DNA of 62,861 bases, counting the filler, from Lenisia limosa (taxonomy: Eukaryota; Protista; Breviatea): NCBI GenBank assembly GCA_001655205.1. It is 12 parts of 12 records of this genome, joined end to end, with 100 filler letters (N's around TTAATTAATTAA, not from the genome) between each part and the next. Parts side by side here need not be neighbours in the genome. Positions count along the whole stretch, not along the records: positions 56,753 to 62,861 come from LPNZ01000405.1; 11 more parts are not named here. One strand, given 5' to 3'. This document shows, one piece after another, positions 60,951 through 62,861 of this stretch. A program made the position numbers and the translations under genes. The first letter of the stretch is position 1. Every line of letters starts with the position of its first letter. The notes under the pieces are model-generated. The model searched no databases. It worked only from the letters and a program-made list of their open reading frames with translations, and was not told the DNA's origin.

Positions 60951-62555
60951 AACAATGTTTAATAAGAGGAATTCATTTTGGAAATTATTACTTAAATACA
61001 CAAAGAACTGAACTGAGAGTCATCCTATTTCTCATCTTCGTCATCTTGAATGACCTCTTAGTTAGAGGATTTAAATATACTGATTATTAACAAAAGTATA
61101 TTAATAATATTATTTATCTGTGATATTCAAGATATTAAGACTATGCGATGAAAAGTTGTGCTTCTCCCGGCCTAAAAGGGGAAGAAAATGTATTTCGTTA
61201 GTTTGCTCACTGTTCCCTTTCCAATAAACCAAATTACAAGCAATATAGATGACTATTTCATGCAGCTTAATTACCAAAGGTGAACTAAAAGAATATTCTA
61301 GAACAGGTATGCTCGGATTCATTTCCCGAGTTTTGGACAGTGAACCCTCATCTTTGATGTAGATCAAATATATCCTTAATGCCAGTGTAATATATTTGTA
61401 TCTAAGTAAATTATTAGTTTGGGGAAAAGAACAGCGTTGGTGTTAGATATTTCTAACTAGCTAATCATACCTAATCACTTTTCAGTATTTCGTGAAACAA
61501 TCCTTTGTCCTCTTTTCTTCTAATCGTTCCCTTAATATGCTTACATATATGCACAGAGATTAAATCAGGAAAATTTTCAAAGGAGACCTCACAAGGAGTT
61601 GCAGACTTTGTGTAGGTGATTGACTTTCATTATTTTCAAGTACAAATAAAGCTGTTATTGACTCTATGTTATAAATAAGAGGTAATAATTTTTGTTTGTG
61701 TCGCAGGAGTGCCGCATACCTGGTGAATTTACCATTTAATAGTTGAAGGTGGTTTATGGTGATCATTACAGATTTGTTTTTTTTTGTTTTTTTTTAGCTT
61801 TAGCAGCATTTATTAGGGGATTTCAAGTAACCCATATGTTAGATTGTTATTGTTGCATTCAGTATCTATGCGAATCACAACAGTCTTTGTAACAATAGGA
61901 ATTAGAATGATATTGTCCCGCTCCTTCGAATGGATACGTCTTCTATTTCTTCTTATTATTATTCTTATAGTTAGTATTATTATTATGACTTCAACGTATC
62001 ATTGTTTTTTATTCTTGAATACTTAAAAATATTTAAAGTCTCAAAATATTTTCAATTAAGCGATACAAATTATTTCAAAACTCACCACCGAATCCTCTAG
62101 TGTGTTTTTCATTCTTTGACACTCCAGAACTAATACGTTGACACCATGCCAACTCTGTTGAAGATCAATATCATTAAGGCCCAGGGCCTTCCTATTATGG
62201 TAGGCTTTGTTGTCTGGATGGTCACTTAATAATTTTTCTATTGACATCTCTTTGTCAATCGTTTGATAATTCTAATTTGAAAGAGAACTATGATGATAGG
62301 TTGTTGTACTTCCACAGTTCTTTCTTAATTGTTAAATTTTTTTTCATCTTGGTATTCGATCAGATCTATGAATGAAAATAAAAATGTGAGAATAATAGGA
62401 GTATTTTTCTATGCTACCGCTTATTTGATATTGGCTTGATATTGGTTTGATATTGGTTTGATATCCTCACCAATCTCACCTGTTAATCACTCACAACCTA
62501 GGACAAGTCCACTTCAGCCAGTGACACATATGTACAGGTAGGGGATGGGGTGGAG

Positions 62556-62651
62556 TAAGGCTTCACTTCGGTTCGGGAAAATATCGATAGTTTTCGAGGA
62601 TTTATCGAGAAATTCAGTATTTTATTTTTTTTGAACCGAAGTGTAGTCCTA
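62556..62651. mobile_element. MITE family A copy
   Basis: TAAGGCTTCACTTCGGTTCGGG...TTTGAACCGAAGTGTAGTCCTA. Confidence 0.85.
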
Positions 62652-62861
62652 GGTGAGAGAATCTAGTAGTATTCTAATCTAACCGGGGACTGCTCTTCAG
62701 TCAAAATAATGACTGATCCATGTTTTATTAGTAATTCTTGGAACAAATTGACGCTATAAACACACTTAGTTCCTGGGAGGTCTGTGTTGTCTAAAGTTCT
62801 TCCCTCATAGTAAATTAAAATACCAGAAACTAAATACTATTTTTTTCTATTCTCTCTCCCC

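Noticed and set aside
61110-62247. AT-rich minus-strand ORFs upstream of PFL
   Set aside because: No recognisable motifs or convincing splice chain; could be a hypothetical gene or a decayed element.

Overview
Eukaryotic, intron-rich draft assembly of a unicellular-type eukaryote, not a prokaryote. The window is about 12 short scaffolds joined by an artificial 100-bp linker (N44-TTAATTAATTAA-N44; 12-mers start at 2377, 4028, 5772, 27975, 34335, 40319, 42018, 44022, 52738, 54331, 56697), so gene order across linkers means nothing. Genes were recognised by manually splicing exons at GT-AG sites. They are: a CHD-type SNF2 remodeller fragment; an integrin-beta-like Cys-rich EGF array; a CLC Cl-/H+ exchanger; a secreted multi-C1q-like protein; a ~11-kb GH38 alpha-mannosidase with an apparent C-terminal TM helix and antisense gene(s) in one intron; a HEXIM-like protein; LRR, Hydin/ASH-like, UBR E3 and vWA-like fragments; a Ser/Thr kinase with a Pro/Thr/Ser-rich region; an intron-containing phage tail-collar/His-x-His fibre-like gene; beta-adaptin; ARP4; and a complete 10-exon pyruvate formate-lyase with an unusual N-terminal extension. 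Non-coding DNA is dense with four short dispersed repeat families: a hAT-like MITE (A), a Tc1/mariner-like MITE (B), and two non-TIR elements (C, D). Many introns have G-runs after the donor and C-runs before the acceptor. All exon calls and homologies come from motif recognition by eye; no database search was run.
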